DNA of 64,000 nt from an uncultured delta proteobacterium (lineage in GTDB: Bacteria > Myxococcota_A > Polyangia > Polyangiales > B10-G4): NCBI GenBank assembly GCA_963727445.1, contig CAVSGI010000009.1:672001-736000 (forward strand), in the 5' to 3' direction. Every line of letters begins with the position of its first letter. The first letter of the stretch is position 1. The notes under the pieces are model-generated. The model was not told where the DNA came from, ran no database searches, and saw only the letters and a program-made list of their open reading frames with translations. Shown here piece after piece: positions 1 to 9,514 of this stretch. A program made the translations under genes and the position numbers.

Positions 1-119
1 AAGATCTGACAGTCGGAATCTGTGGTGCAGCGAGCGAGGCTCAGGTCGTCGAGACCGAGGAGGCTGCAGCCCGAGGCGAGGGTGAGCAGCGCACAAGCCA
101 GCACGAGGCGAAACGGCAT
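1..119 (-). CDS. Partial (runs off window) Cys-containing lipoprotein, last visible gene of the TPR-PEGA/kinase operon
   Basis: Manual translation from ATG at 119: MPFRLVLACALLTLASGCSLLGLDDLSLARCTTDSDCQI. It has a lipobox (LASGC), and the start overlaps the kinase stop (TGATG). Confidence 0.75.
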   Translation of the reverse strand, partial: MPFRLVLACALLTLASGCSLLGLDDLSLARCTTDSDCQI

Positions 120-1747
120 CAGAAGCTCACCATCTTCAGTGCGCGCTCCATGCCGGTGCCGGTGGAGTCGCTCTCTTCTTCGTGGTTCGGGGGTGGGGCG
201 GTCATGGTGGGGGGCGGCGTCGTGAGCACCGCTTCGGTCATGGCTGGAGGAGGCGGCGCTGTCATCACGGGCGGTGGTGTGGGCTCGGCGGCCATCCTCA
301 CAGGGGTGGAGCGCCTTCGGCGGCCGGCGCTCGCGTGCGTGTGCTCCGGCTCGCTCTCGGCCGCGGCGGAGAGGGCGATGTCGATCTCGCGTGGCCCGCT
401 GATCACGATCTCTCGGCGCTCTGCCACGTAGCCGTCGAGCTCCGCCGCGAGGGCGTAGGGTGTGTCGCGGACGGCGACCTCGCCGTCGTAGGGGTTGGCG
501 ACCGTTTCGCCGTCGAGGGTCAAGGTCGCCTCGGCGGGCTCGACGCGGATCGTGAGGTGGGCGGTTCCGTCCTCGACCCGCGTCGGCGCGGCGGTCTCTG
601 CCGGAGCCGTCTCCTCGGCGGCGGGGCTGTCGCTGACCGCGGCCGTCTCCGCGGGGAGCGGGGGGTCGCCGCTCTGGGTCAGCGCGACGACGCCCAGACC
701 CACGAGGGCCAGCGCCGCGAGCCCCATCCCCAGCATCAGGGGGCCCTTCTTGCGCTCCTCGTCCACGTGCATCGGCGTCTCGGCCGCGGCGGAGAGGCGA
801 GGTGCGGTGATGGGCGTGGGATGACTCTGCGGCGTGGCGATCACCGGCGCGTCGTCGATGCGCGCGAAGGGCGCCCAGGCCGCTTTCACCGCCTCGCAAT
901 TCGGATAGCGATCCTCCGGCCGCTTCTCGAGCATCTTCTCCACCACCGCGACCGCTTCGGGTGGCAGATCGCGACGCAGCTCGGCGAGGGACGGCGGCGC
1001 CTGGTGAACGACCTTCACCAGCAGCGCCGGATAGGAGGCGTCCTTGAAGGGGAGCTCGCCTGAGAGCATCTGATACGCGAGCACGCCGAGGGAGAAGATG
1101 TCGGCGCGCGCGTCGATGTCGCCGGAGCCCATCGCCTGCTCCGGCGCCATGTAATAAGGCGTGCCGATTGACGCTCCGGTCTGGGTGAGCTTGGTCGCGC
1201 CGCTGTCACGCACGAGCTTGGTGATGCCGAAGTCGAGGAGCTTCACGAAGCGGGTGTCGTTGCCGCGCTCGATGAGGAAGACGTTCTCCGGCTTCAGGTC
1301 GCGGTGCACGAAGCCCGCGCGGTGCGCGGCGGTGAGCGCATCGCAGATCTGCGAAAGGATGTGCACCGCCTCGTTCAGCGGCAGCGGACCGCTCTCTTCG
1401 AAGAGGCTCCCGAGCGGGCGGCCTTCGAGGTACTCGAGGATCATGAAGAGGAAGCCGTCCTCGGCCCCCATGTCCGAGACCTCGACCACGTTGGGGTGCC
1501 CGATGGAGACGGTCGCCTGCGCCTCGCGCCGGAAGCGCTTGACGATGTTGGGGTCGGCCGCGAACTGCGCATGGAGAAACTTGATCGCCACGCGCTTGCC
1601 GATGACCTTGTGGCGCCCCTCGTAGACCGTACCCATGCCCCCGGAGCCCAGGCGCCGCAGGACCTCGTACTTGTACTGCAGGACCTTGCCGAGCATCGGG
1701 TCCTGAAGCTCGAAGCTCTCGGTGTCGTCCGTGGGGAACTCCTCCAC
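119..1747 (-). CDS. Membrane Ser/Thr protein kinase with C-terminal PEGA-like domain
   Basis: GSGGMG, VAIK, HRDLKPEN, DFG and GTPYYMAPE motifs, then a TM helix, a PEGA-like segment (IRVEPAEATLTLDG) and a Pro-rich tail. Confidence 0.95.
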   Translation of the reverse strand: MEEFPTDDTESFELQDPMLGKVLQYKYEVLRRLGSGGMGTVYEGRHKVIGKRVAIKFLHAQFAADPNIVKRFRREAQATVSIGHPNVVEVSDMGAEDGFLFMILEYLEGRPLGSLFEESGPLPLNEAVHILSQICDALTAAHRAGFVHRDLKPENVFLIERGNDTRFVKLLDFGITKLVRDSGATKLTQTGASIGTPYYMAPEQAMGSGDIDARADIFSLGVLAYQMLSGELPFKDASYPALLVKVVHQAPPSLAELRRDLPPEAVAVVEKMLEKRPEDRYPNCEAVKAAWAPFARIDDAPVIATPQSHPTPITAPRLSAAAETPMHVDEERKKGPLMLGMGLAALALVGLGVVALTQSGDPPLPAETAAVSDSPAAEETAPAETAAPTRVEDGTAHLTIRVEPAEATLTLDGETVANPYDGEVAVRDTPYALAAELDGYVAERREIVISGPREIDIALSAAAESEPEHTHASAGRRRRSTPVRMAAEPTPPPVMTAPPPPAMTEAVLTTPPPTMTAPPPNHEEESDSTGTGMERALKMVSF

Positions 1748-2722
1748 TCAGAAGCTCCCGGACAAAGAGACCTCGGCGGCCCCCCGGCCGATGGCGACGG
1801 AAGGGGTGACGGGCGGCTCTTCTTCGTCGCTTCCCCAATCGGTGAGCAGACCCATCACGACGGCGGTGATCCCGAAGAGCGCAGCGCCAGCGTAGAAGAC
1901 GTCGGCGACGGTTGCGAGGGTCGAGATGTGATCGATCTCGCCCTGCGTGACGTCCCAGCGCGCGCGTGGATCGTCGAGGCGGGTCTGGACCGAACCGCGC
2001 GCGTCGACCGCGGAGACGCCGAGGACGATACCCGTGATGAGGGACGCGAGGGCCACCCCGGCTGCCGACCAGAAGAAGACAGGCGAGAGCCCCTCGAACT
2101 CTTCGGAGAGCTTCTCGAGGTGTACCTGCACCTCGGTCGATCCACCGGCCGCCACCTGCACCTCGCGCCGCGCGGGAAGGTAGCCCTCGGAACGGAGCTC
2201 GATGACGTGAACGCCCGCCGGGATCCGAACCTCGCCCGGCGCCGTGCCGGCCTCTCGCTCGTCGAGCCAGACCACCGCCGAGCCGACGTTGGTGTCCACC
2301 TGCACGGTGGCCAGGAGCTCCTCGAGCTCGTGGATGCGCTGCGTCACCGCGGCGCGATCCTCGGCGGCGTTGCCGCCCTCGTCGAGATAGCGCTGATAGT
2401 AGCGTAGCGCGACGTCGTAGCGGAACTCGCGCTCGTGACACTGAGCGATGTTGTAGAGGACGAGGTAGCGGTTCGGGTGCTCGCCGATGACCTCGTAGGC
2501 CGTCTCGAACTCCGTCAGCGCCGCGTCGTAATCACCACGCTCGAAGAGGGCCTCGCCGCGCTCGACGCGCGTGCGGGCTTCGACGACGGCGCTCGACGGT
2601 TCGGCCGGGCTCTCGACGTCGGCCGGGGCCTCGCCTTCCGTCTCCTGCGCGCTGGCGAGCGTCGGGGCGGCGGGGAGAGTGAGAAGCAGGAGGAAAGTGA
2701 AGGGGAACCGCCGCGCCGGCAT
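1748..2722 (-). CDS. Secreted TPR + PEGA domain protein with C-terminal hydrophobic segments
   Basis: Signal peptide, TPR (GEALFERGDYDAALTEFETAY...LYNIAQC), PEGA (AVVWLDEREAGTAP...PAGVHVIEL); typical partner of myxobacterial kinases. Confidence 0.9.
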   Translation of the reverse strand: MPARRFPFTFLLLLTLPAAPTLASAQETEGEAPADVESPAEPSSAVVEARTRVERGEALFERGDYDAALTEFETAYEVIGEHPNRYLVLYNIAQCHEREFRYDVALRYYQRYLDEGGNAAEDRAAVTQRIHELEELLATVQVDTNVGSAVVWLDEREAGTAPGEVRIPAGVHVIELRSEGYLPARREVQVAAGGSTEVQVHLEKLSEEFEGLSPVFFWSAAGVALASLITGIVLGVSAVDARGSVQTRLDDPRARWDVTQGEIDHISTLATVADVFYAGAALFGITAVVMGLLTDWGSDEEEPPVTPSVAIGRGAAEVSLSGSF

Positions 2723-2877
2723 ATCGGCGCACGATCGCACGCATCCGAAGCGCCTTCAATCACGTTCCAAGCTCGCGAATATTCGCGGGATCGCGCGGTA
2801 CCGTCATGGGATCCGGACCAGGCGGCGCTGGCGGCTGCGGCGATGACCGCGGGTGCGTGGCGCTCTTGCCGTGGGGC

Positions 2878-3747
2878 TCAGTCCGTGATGATCAGCGAGT
2901 AGGTGTTGCGCGCGTCGTTGTAGCCGTAGACCTCGAGGGCGTAGTGGCCGTTGCGCGTGGCCGTGAAGTCGATGGTCTCGTCGTCGGTGACGCTCGCCGA
3001 GGTGTCGAGCACCCTGTCGTTGTCGATGTCGTGAAGACGCATGTCGAGGTCGCCGTCGGCGTGGGTGAAATGGATGGTGAGGACCAGGTGATCGCCCCCG
3101 TAGGCGAAGAACGGGTGGAAGTCCCGCTCGCCGGGACAGATCTCGAGGTTCTCGTAGTTCACGTTGAAGGAGATGAAGGGTGTGTCGGGGCCGTCGTTGG
3201 GCTCGAGGGCGTCCGGGCGACAGTCGCTGCAGGCGGCATCGGCGTCGTCGACCCGGCCGTTGCAGTCGTCGTCGATGCCGTTGCCGCAGATCTCACCGCC
3301 GGTGCACGCGTCGGGATCGTTGCCCCCGCAGAGCGCGGTGCCCGTCATGCGCGGCGCGGTGACGTCGTAGGTGAGTGTCACGGTGGCCGGGCGCTCGGAG
3401 AAGGAGCCGTCCTCGCTCTGCGACCAGAGGACGAAGGTATGAGGGCCGTCGCCTTCGAGCGAGACCTCGATACAGAAGGAGCCGTCGGGCAGAACGGTGT
3501 TCGCGACGCTCTCCCCTTCGAACTCGACGATCACCCGGCGTGCGTCACGCGCGACGCCGCGGATGGGGGCGAGGCGGTCTGGGATCGCCTCCGGCATGGG
3601 GTCGAGGCGCGGCGCGGGGGGAGGAAGGGGACCCATCGTCCCCGCATCGTCGCTCGTCATGTCCATCGGCCCGGGCTCACCGTCGACGTGGGGCGAGCAT
3701 CCCGCGACGAGCAGCAGCCCGATGGCGACGAGACCGCGCGCGTCCAT
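2878..3747 (-). CDS. Lipoprotein with Ig-like domain, putative metal-binding repeat and PPC-like C-terminal domain
   Basis: Start MDARG at 3747 overlaps the upstream stop (TGATG). Lipobox VAGC, EICGNGIDDDCNGRVDD motif, DALEPND...GDLDMRL PPC-like domain. Confidence 0.8.
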   Translation of the reverse strand: MDARGLVAIGLLLVAGCSPHVDGEPGPMDMTSDDAGTMGPLPPPAPRLDPMPEAIPDRLAPIRGVARDARRVIVEFEGESVANTVLPDGSFCIEVSLEGDGPHTFVLWSQSEDGSFSERPATVTLTYDVTAPRMTGTALCGGNDPDACTGGEICGNGIDDDCNGRVDDADAACSDCRPDALEPNDGPDTPFISFNVNYENLEICPGERDFHPFFAYGGDHLVLTIHFTHADGDLDMRLHDIDNDRVLDTSASVTDDETIDFTATRNGHYALEVYGYNDARNTYSLIITD

Positions 3748-5270
3748 CACTGGTCCCCGCACGGCTGGATGAGGCAGGAGGCTGGAGGGAGGTGGCTCTC
3801 GGGCAGCGGCGGGCAGCTCGAGGATTGGGAGAGGTCCGGCGCCCACGTCCAGTCCTGCAGATCCACCTCGCCCGCCACGGTGGCCACCCCGCAGAGGTTG
3901 TAGGTGAGGAGGCTCGCCCGGCGCACGAGGCGCGTCGTCTGTCGGTAGAAGACGCCGTACTGCCCGGCGAAGATCTGCGCGTTGAAGCCGCGCTGCAGGG
4001 CTTCGCTCGAGCTCACCTGCCACTGGAAGCTCTCGCCCTGGGAGCCGTTGCGACTCGAGGTGGCGGATTCGGTGTCGGTGGTGGTCTCGCTGTGGCTGGT
4101 GCTGCTGGTGCTGCTCTGACTGCTGGTCGCCTGGGAGAAGGTCTCTCCGCCGACGTGGCCGTTCACCTTCGCGCCGATCTCCACGATCCCTTCGATCCCC
4201 ACCGAGCCGCCGACCTCTTCGCCGACCTGCCAGTTGAAGGAGGAGCCGTTGGTGGTCGAAAACCCGATGGTGTTGCTCTGCGACGCGGTGTTGGTGGTCG
4301 ACTCGGAGTGGGTCTGGGTCGTCGACTCGAGCCAGCCTTCGCGGAAGTCGACGCCGTAGCTGCGGGTGCGGGTCTCGGACTCGGTTTCTGTGTAGGAGGC
4401 GTCGCGCCCGCTCTCACCACCGGGGAGGCAGCCGGACACGGGGACCGGCGCGTACGTCTCGGCCACCGCGACCCGACCGTCGAAGACCACCTCCATGGGG
4501 CGATGGACGCCGACCGCGAAGAGCGTCTGGTGGGTGGCGCCGGTCGCGTCGCGCGCCTCGATGCTGAACACCGCGCCGTAGGCCTGGGCCTGGTCGGGCA
4601 CGGGCGGCAAGACGAAGTGACCGTCTTCGCCGAGGGTGCCGACGTTGCTCTCGGCGAGCTGGCGCCAGCTCTCGGTGGTGTCGGTCGCGGGGACGTTGAG
4701 GCGATAGGTGAAGGTGGTGGCTTCGAAGCCCAGCGCCTCGGCTTCGAGGACGTAAGGGATCCCGCCGATGGCGCGAAGCACCGGGCCGGCGCAGGTGGCG
4801 GTCCTCGGCTCGAGGCGCCGGACCAGGATCGAGGGAAGGACCTCGAAGGTGATCTCCTTCGGTATCTCCGACTCGGAAACCGTTCCCTCGTCGTCGATGA
4901 GCCGGATCCGCGCCTCGCCGACGAAGGTGCCGATCTGGTCGCCCGAAGCGCTGAAGGGGACGCGATAGGGGCCGAAGCCGTCCCAGCGGAGCGTGCCGCC
5001 GTCCACGCGCCTCACGGGCGCCTCGGCCAGGGTGCTCGTCGAGGCGCCGCTGCTCGTGGTGAAGGTCCCGTCGAAGACGACGGTCAGCTGACCTGCCTCG
5101 ATGGGCGGCATGTCCTCGACGTAGAAGTCGACGATACTGCCGAGGGACGCGCTCGAGGTGGAGAGCGCGCGGATACGAGCTGCGAGGCCGGCGTCGGTCG
5201 TCGTGCCTCCGACCGCGCACGAGGCGGCCCAGAAAAGCAGCAGGGCGAGAGGGATGGTGTGATTGCGCAT
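3747..5270 (-). CDS. Lipoprotein with putative aerolysin/ETX-MTX2-like beta-pore-forming domain
   Basis: Start MRNHT at 5270 with lipobox AASC. Two long Ser/Thr-rich tracts flank an amphipathic hairpin (FNWQVGEEVGGSVGIEGIVEIGAKVNGHVGG). The ORF is secure; the function is inferred. Confidence 0.6.
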   Translation of the reverse strand: MRNHTIPLALLLFWAASCAVGGTTTDAGLAARIRALSTSSASLGSIVDFYVEDMPPIEAGQLTVVFDGTFTTSSGASTSTLAEAPVRRVDGGTLRWDGFGPYRVPFSASGDQIGTFVGEARIRLIDDEGTVSESEIPKEITFEVLPSILVRRLEPRTATCAGPVLRAIGGIPYVLEAEALGFEATTFTYRLNVPATDTTESWRQLAESNVGTLGEDGHFVLPPVPDQAQAYGAVFSIEARDATGATHQTLFAVGVHRPMEVVFDGRVAVAETYAPVPVSGCLPGGESGRDASYTETESETRTRSYGVDFREGWLESTTQTHSESTTNTASQSNTIGFSTTNGSSFNWQVGEEVGGSVGIEGIVEIGAKVNGHVGGETFSQATSSQSSTSSTSHSETTTDTESATSSRNGSQGESFQWQVSSSEALQRGFNAQIFAGQYGVFYRQTTRLVRRASLLTYNLCGVATVAGEVDLQDWTWAPDLSQSSSCPPLPESHLPPASCLIQPCGDQ

Positions 5271-5285
5271 CGCGCACGGACATGG

Positions 5286-5301
5286 AGCAACACTCGTGCC
5301 T
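5286..5301 (-). promoter_or_regulatory. Putative sigma54 (-24/-12) promoter
   Basis: Minus strand AGGCACGAGTGTTGCT: GG-N10-GC, close to the TGGCACG-N4-TTGC consensus, just upstream of ATG 5270. Confidence 0.7.
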
Positions 5302-5539
5302 CCCCGCGCGGCCGGGTTCTTTCCGACAAAAAGGCGGTCAATTGTTCGATCGAATACGCACCTCCCCGGCGCCCCCCGGGGCGGCTGCCCAGCGTTCGGC
5401 CACCGCTGTAGGGGCGATGCGGACACTGGTCCGCAGCGCAGGAGCCCTTTCCTGGGACGGCGCTCGGACGCCTCGACACCGCGCCGTGACAGGTCTATTA
5501 ACCCGCGTCCCGCGAGGGCGGGCTTGGAAGGCTTGGCTC

Positions 5540-6490
5540 ATGAAGAAGCAGATCACGATCGTCTTGAGCGCGCTGGCGCTCCTCGGTGCCGCGGCGTGCG
5601 GCGATGACAGCTCGGGCGGAGACGCCTCCACCGACACCGGCGCGGACACCACCACGCCGGATACCGGAAGCCCCGACACCGGCACGATGGACTCGTCGAT
5701 GATGGACTCGTCGATGATGGACTCGAGCGTTACGCTCCCGGTGACGGAGTGCGATCCCTTCGGGGACGACTGCGCCGAGGGAGAGAAGTGCCAGTTCGTG
5801 ATCTGGAACCCGGACGCGGCGGCCGGCACGGACAACACCGTCTTCTACGGCTGCGTGCCGGACAGCACGGGCACCAAGAGCGCGGGCATCATCTGCGACC
5901 GACAGGTCGAGGTCACCCCGGACAACCCGGACGACGTCTTCTTCGTGAGCGACTGCGCCCAGGGCCTCTTCTGCTGGACGACCCTCGATGACGGCTTCGA
6001 GCGCTGTCGTCCGATGTGCGGGACCGACACCGCGCCGGACTGTACGGAGGGAACCGAGTTCTGCCTGACGCTCAACGGCGACCCATTCCTCGGTACCTGC
6101 AATCCGCTCAGCGATTGTGATCCGGTGGTCCAGAGCGGCTGCGACACCGCGGAGGGCTGCTACGTGGTCGGCACCACTCAGGGCGACCTGGGCGCGCGCT
6201 GCTTCGACGAGCCCACCGCCGACGACGCCGGCACGCCCCCGCCCATGCGCGGCGAGCCCTGCATGTTCATCAACGGCTGCACGCCCGGCAACTCCTGCAG
6301 CGGCGAGATCCTCGCCGACGGTGGCACCTCCGACACCGCGCTCTGCCGCGAGTACTGTGAGGTCGTGGCCGATGGCGGCATGCCCGTCGATGGCGGCGAC
6401 TGCATGGGGAGCGAGGCGTGCGTCGCCATCCCCATCAACGCCGACGGCGGCACCAGCCTGCTCGCACGCCCGACCGGGCTCTGCCAGTAA
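5540..6490 (+). CDS. Cys-rich lipoprotein
   Basis: MKKQ start, lipobox AAAC, Asp/Ser/Thr linker with MDSS repeats, two CDP...C...C Cys-rich modules. Confidence 0.85.
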   Translation: MKKQITIVLSALALLGAAACGDDSSGGDASTDTGADTTTPDTGSPDTGTMDSSMMDSSMMDSSVTLPVTECDPFGDDCAEGEKCQFVIWNPDAAAGTDNTVFYGCVPDSTGTKSAGIICDRQVEVTPDNPDDVFFVSDCAQGLFCWTTLDDGFERCRPMCGTDTAPDCTEGTEFCLTLNGDPFLGTCNPLSDCDPVVQSGCDTAEGCYVVGTTQGDLGARCFDEPTADDAGTPPPMRGEPCMFINGCTPGNSCSGEILADGGTSDTALCREYCEVVADGGMPVDGGDCMGSEACVAIPINADGGTSLLARPTGLCQ

Positions 6491-6516
6491 AGTCAGGGGG
6501 ATGAGGGGTGCGGCCG

Positions 6517-6545
6517 TTGACAGGGCCACACCCCGGTGCTACCTC
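6517..6545 (+). promoter_or_regulatory. sigma70-type promoter of the tRNA
   Basis: TTGACA (6517-6522), 17-nt spacer, TGn-TACCTC extended -10. Confidence 0.65.
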
Positions 6546-6559
6546 GCCATCCCCTTTCC

Positions 6560-6632
6560 GGGCCTGTAGCTCAGCTGGGAGAGCGCATGACTGGCAGTCA
6601 TGAGGTCAAGGGTTCGATCCCCTTCAGGTCCA
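6560..6632 (+). tRNA. tRNA-Ala (anticodon GGC); CCA not encoded
   Basis: Acceptor stem GGGCCTG/CAGGTCC with G3:U70, anticodon arm CATGA-CTGGCAG-TCATG, T-arm AAGGG-TTCGATC-CCCTT. Confidence 0.97.
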
Positions 6633-6638
6633 CCCGAT

Positions 6639-6670
6639 AGACGCCCGCCAAGAGCGGGCGTTTTTCGTTT
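6639..6670 (+). terminator. Rho-independent terminator after the tRNA
   Basis: ACGCCCGC-caaga-GCGGGCGT hairpin followed by TTTTCGTTT. Confidence 0.85.
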
Positions 6671-6845
6671 CGGGGCCCGCCCCGTGCGAGCGGTCCGGGA
6701 CAGAACGCGGCTGATGCGGCGTCGCCTCGACGGTCCCGTCACCCGTCTTCGCTCGATCCTCCGGCCCCCGTTCTCCCGGCCGTCCCCCCAAGTTCCGCGC
6801 TTTTTTGACCCGGATCCACCGACGTGATCAATCTCGATCGGGTCC

Positions 6846-8591
6846 GTGCGCGCGCTTCTCGTCGGTACTTCGCTGCTCATCGCTCTGAGCTCCTGTTCGG
6901 AGCCGGTGGATGCGGCGCTGCTTCATCTCGACGGGTTGGATGCGGAGCGACTGGAGCCCGGGGCGGTGGTGCGCGTCAGCGGGCGCGGCTTTCCGACGGG
7001 GCGGAGCGGGACGGTGCGCTTGTCCGGGACGGCGCATCGGCCGGGGGAGGCGCCGACCTCCGTCGCGGCGGTGGTGGAGGCGCGGGCCGACAACGAGAAC
7101 CGGCTGCACTTCGTCGTCGGCGAGCCGATGCTGGCGCGGCTCGGTGGCCACGGGACGGTGACGGGTGCGCTGCGGGTGGAGTTCCCGGGCGATGAAGGGG
7201 CGATCGTCTCGGGCGAGCTCCACGATCTGACCCTCGTCGTCCGTCCGGGCGGCTTCGGCGAGCTCTCGGGCGTGCTCAGCCGGGAGCGAAGCGGCGCCGC
7301 CCTCCTCGCTCATCTCGGCGTCACCCCTCAGGACGAGGTCGAAGAGCGCGGCGGCGTCGTGATCGAGACCTTCACCCCCGGCTCCCTCGCGGACCACGCC
7401 GGCGTGCGGAAGCGCGACCGCATCGTCGGCCTCGGCGCGATGGTCGTCGACGACATCGGCGATCTCGTTCCGCCGCCGCGGGCGCGCTCCATCGAGCTCA
7501 TCCTCGAGCGCCGCGGCCTCTCTCAACCGATCCACGTACCCGTCGCCCTCTCGCCCGCCGCCACCGGTCCCACCGCCCGCTCGTCGTGGGGCGCGAGCCT
7601 CGCCGTCGGCTTCGCTTTCGTCCTGCTCTTCCTCGTCTCCCCCGTCGCGCGCCTCACGACGCGCTTCTGGCGCGCGCTCCGCACCGCCGGTCCATCGATC
7701 GGCACCGCTCTGCTCGGCGTCAGCGCGTTGCCGCAGGAAGCGACGCTGCCGCGAAGGCTCGTGCGCTTCGCGTGGCTCCTCATCGCCTACCTCGCGCTGG
7801 TCGTCGCCTTCGGTGTGTTGCCCTTCACGGCGCGCGTCCTGCCGGGCTCCATCGACGCAGCCGTCCTCGCCACCGCCACCGTGGGTCTGGCCGTCGCGGT
7901 CACCGTCGCTTCTCTCTCCTCGAAGCATTCCCTCGCCGCACGCATCCGACAGATCCTCTGGACGTCGGCCGCCGCCCTGCCGGCCATCGTCGCGGTCGCG
8001 GCGGTCGCGCTTCCGGCAGGCTCCTTTCGCCTCGAGGCCATTTCCGCTGCCCAAGGCGGCGAGCCCTGGGCCTGGGCGGGATTCTCGTCGCTTCCGGCCT
8101 TCATCGGCCTGGTGGCCGGCTTCGTCTCGCTTGTGGTGGTCCCCTCGAACGTCGGGCCCGGCCCCGCACCTCAGGTGCTCGACCGGGTCCGCCTCTTCAT
8201 CGGCGCCAGTCTCTTCACCGTCGTCTTTCTCGGTGGCTTCTCACTCCCCTTCCACACCGGCGATCCCCTCCTCGCCGGCCCGGTCGTTCGGGTGTCGGCG
8301 GCGCTCTACTTCGTCCTCAAGACCCTCACCGTCGCGCTGGTCGGCTTCCGACTCTCTCGCTCGGAGGCGCGCCTCGGCGTGCTCGCGGCGACCAGCGGCC
8401 TGTCGGCGATCCTCGCGGCCGCCGCCGCGGCGTTCTTCATGATGAACCCCGCGCGCACGCCCCCCGCCACCATCGTCGGCCCGGTGGCCTTCGCTGCCGC
8501 CGCGATCGTCCTGCTCGTCGGCGCCCTCGCTTCACGCGAGCGACCTCCGGCGCAGCGCAGCGGAGCGCTGCTCCTCAGCCGATCGCGCTGA
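6846..8591 (+). CDS. Polytopic membrane protein with N-terminal lipoprotein signal, PDZ-like domain and NuoH-like TM region
   Basis: Lipobox LSSC, PDZ-like GGVVIETFTPGSLADHAGVRKRDRIVGL, about 9-10 TM helices including GSFRLEAISAAQGGEPWAW and FTVVFLGG, reminiscent of NuoH. Confidence 0.65.
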   Translation: MRALLVGTSLLIALSSCSEPVDAALLHLDGLDAERLEPGAVVRVSGRGFPTGRSGTVRLSGTAHRPGEAPTSVAAVVEARADNENRLHFVVGEPMLARLGGHGTVTGALRVEFPGDEGAIVSGELHDLTLVVRPGGFGELSGVLSRERSGAALLAHLGVTPQDEVEERGGVVIETFTPGSLADHAGVRKRDRIVGLGAMVVDDIGDLVPPPRARSIELILERRGLSQPIHVPVALSPAATGPTARSSWGASLAVGFAFVLLFLVSPVARLTTRFWRALRTAGPSIGTALLGVSALPQEATLPRRLVRFAWLLIAYLALVVAFGVLPFTARVLPGSIDAAVLATATVGLAVAVTVASLSSKHSLAARIRQILWTSAAALPAIVAVAAVALPAGSFRLEAISAAQGGEPWAWAGFSSLPAFIGLVAGFVSLVVVPSNVGPGPAPQVLDRVRLFIGASLFTVVFLGGFSLPFHTGDPLLAGPVVRVSAALYFVLKTLTVALVGFRLSRSEARLGVLAATSGLSAILAAAAAAFFMMNPARTPPATIVGPVAFAAAAIVLLVGALASRERPPAQRSGALLLSRSR

Positions 8592-8913
8592 GGAAGTGCG
8601 CGAGCTGCCCTTCGCCCGCGGAGTCGAGGTCGTCGAACTGCACGCCGGCGGCCACCTTGCCGTCGTCGCGCTCGGCGGTCCACATGACCTTGGCGTTCGT
8701 CTCGAATGGATCTTCGTCTGGATCCTCGATGCCGTCCTGCGTCAGAAAGAGCGTGAGCTTCAGGGTCGCGCCCTCGGGCACCCCTCGCGCCACCACCAGG
8801 CCGCAGCCACCTTTGGACAGGTCGTTGGTGAACGCGGAGAGCGGATTGCCCTCCACCTCCAGCTCGCCCCGAACCTCGACCGAATACCGCCTATGCGCTC
8901 TCTTATCTTCCAC
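8575..8913 (-). CDS. Stand-alone PilZ domain protein
   Basis: RAHRR (RxxxR) and DLSKGG (D/NxSxxG) c-di-GMP motifs, AGVQF. Confidence 0.9.
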   Translation of the reverse strand: MEDKRAHRRYSVEVRGELEVEGNPLSAFTNDLSKGGCGLVVARGVPEGATLKLTLFLTQDGIEDPDEDPFETNAKVMWTAERDDGKVAAGVQFDDLDSAGEGQLAHFLSAIG

Positions 8914-9514
8914 GACGACTCGCCATCATGCGTGTAAATGCGCCGCCGGTAAAGGCATCCAGGAGCGCCGTGGCCTCGATGATTCGGGTGGCGTGCTCGA
9001 TGCTCCCCGCTCCGAGGAGGTCTCGTTCGAGCAGCAGTCTCCGTCTCTCGTAGTAGAGGCGGACGACCGAGCGCACGAGGTCCAGGCGGACCAGGCGTGT
9101 CGCGCGCTGCTCCCGCGCGAGCGGGACCTCCTGCGGCGCGAAGATCAGCCGGTCGAGGGCGAAGGCGGCCTCGCCCCGCAGCAGCATGGAGTCGTCGGTG
9201 CCCAGCTGGACCCGCCCGCTGTCGTCGAGGCGCTGCGACAAGTCCCACCCCGTGCCGCGCCGAAGCCCGACCCGCACGGTCGGCAAGAGGCCCGAGAGCC
9301 GCGCTCGGGTTGCGATCGACTCGAGCCCTTCGAGATCGGGTGCGCTCTGTCGGAGGGCCGCTGCCACCACGAGATCGATGGGCGGCTCGTCGCGGGCGTA
9401 GCGGCGGAGGGCGGCGCGAAGGGCACGCGGATCGACCTCAGTCATGTCTTGCGCCCGCGCGGTCGCGCTCTGGCCCGCGACGGCGAGCGCGAGGAAGAGC
9501 AACACCGCCCTCAT
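8903..9514 (-). CDS. Secreted hypothetical protein (short TolC-like helical/strand segment)
   Basis: Signal peptide MRAVLLFLALAVAGQSATARA, ARLSGLLPTVRV...VVRLYYERRRL pattern, ATGA overlap with the upstream gene. Confidence 0.6.
   Translation of the reverse strand: MRAVLLFLALAVAGQSATARAQDMTEVDPRALRAALRRYARDEPPIDLVVAAALRQSAPDLEGLESIATRARLSGLLPTVRVGLRRGTGWDLSQRLDDSGRVQLGTDDSMLLRGEAAFALDRLIFAPQEVPLAREQRATRLVRLDLVRSVVRLYYERRRLLLERDLLGAGSIEHATRIIEATALLDAFTGGAFTRMMASRRGR

Noticed and set aside
6560..6670. Genomic island integrated at tRNA-Ala
   Set aside because: There is no integrase and no duplicated tRNA 3' end seen; the native terminator follows directly.
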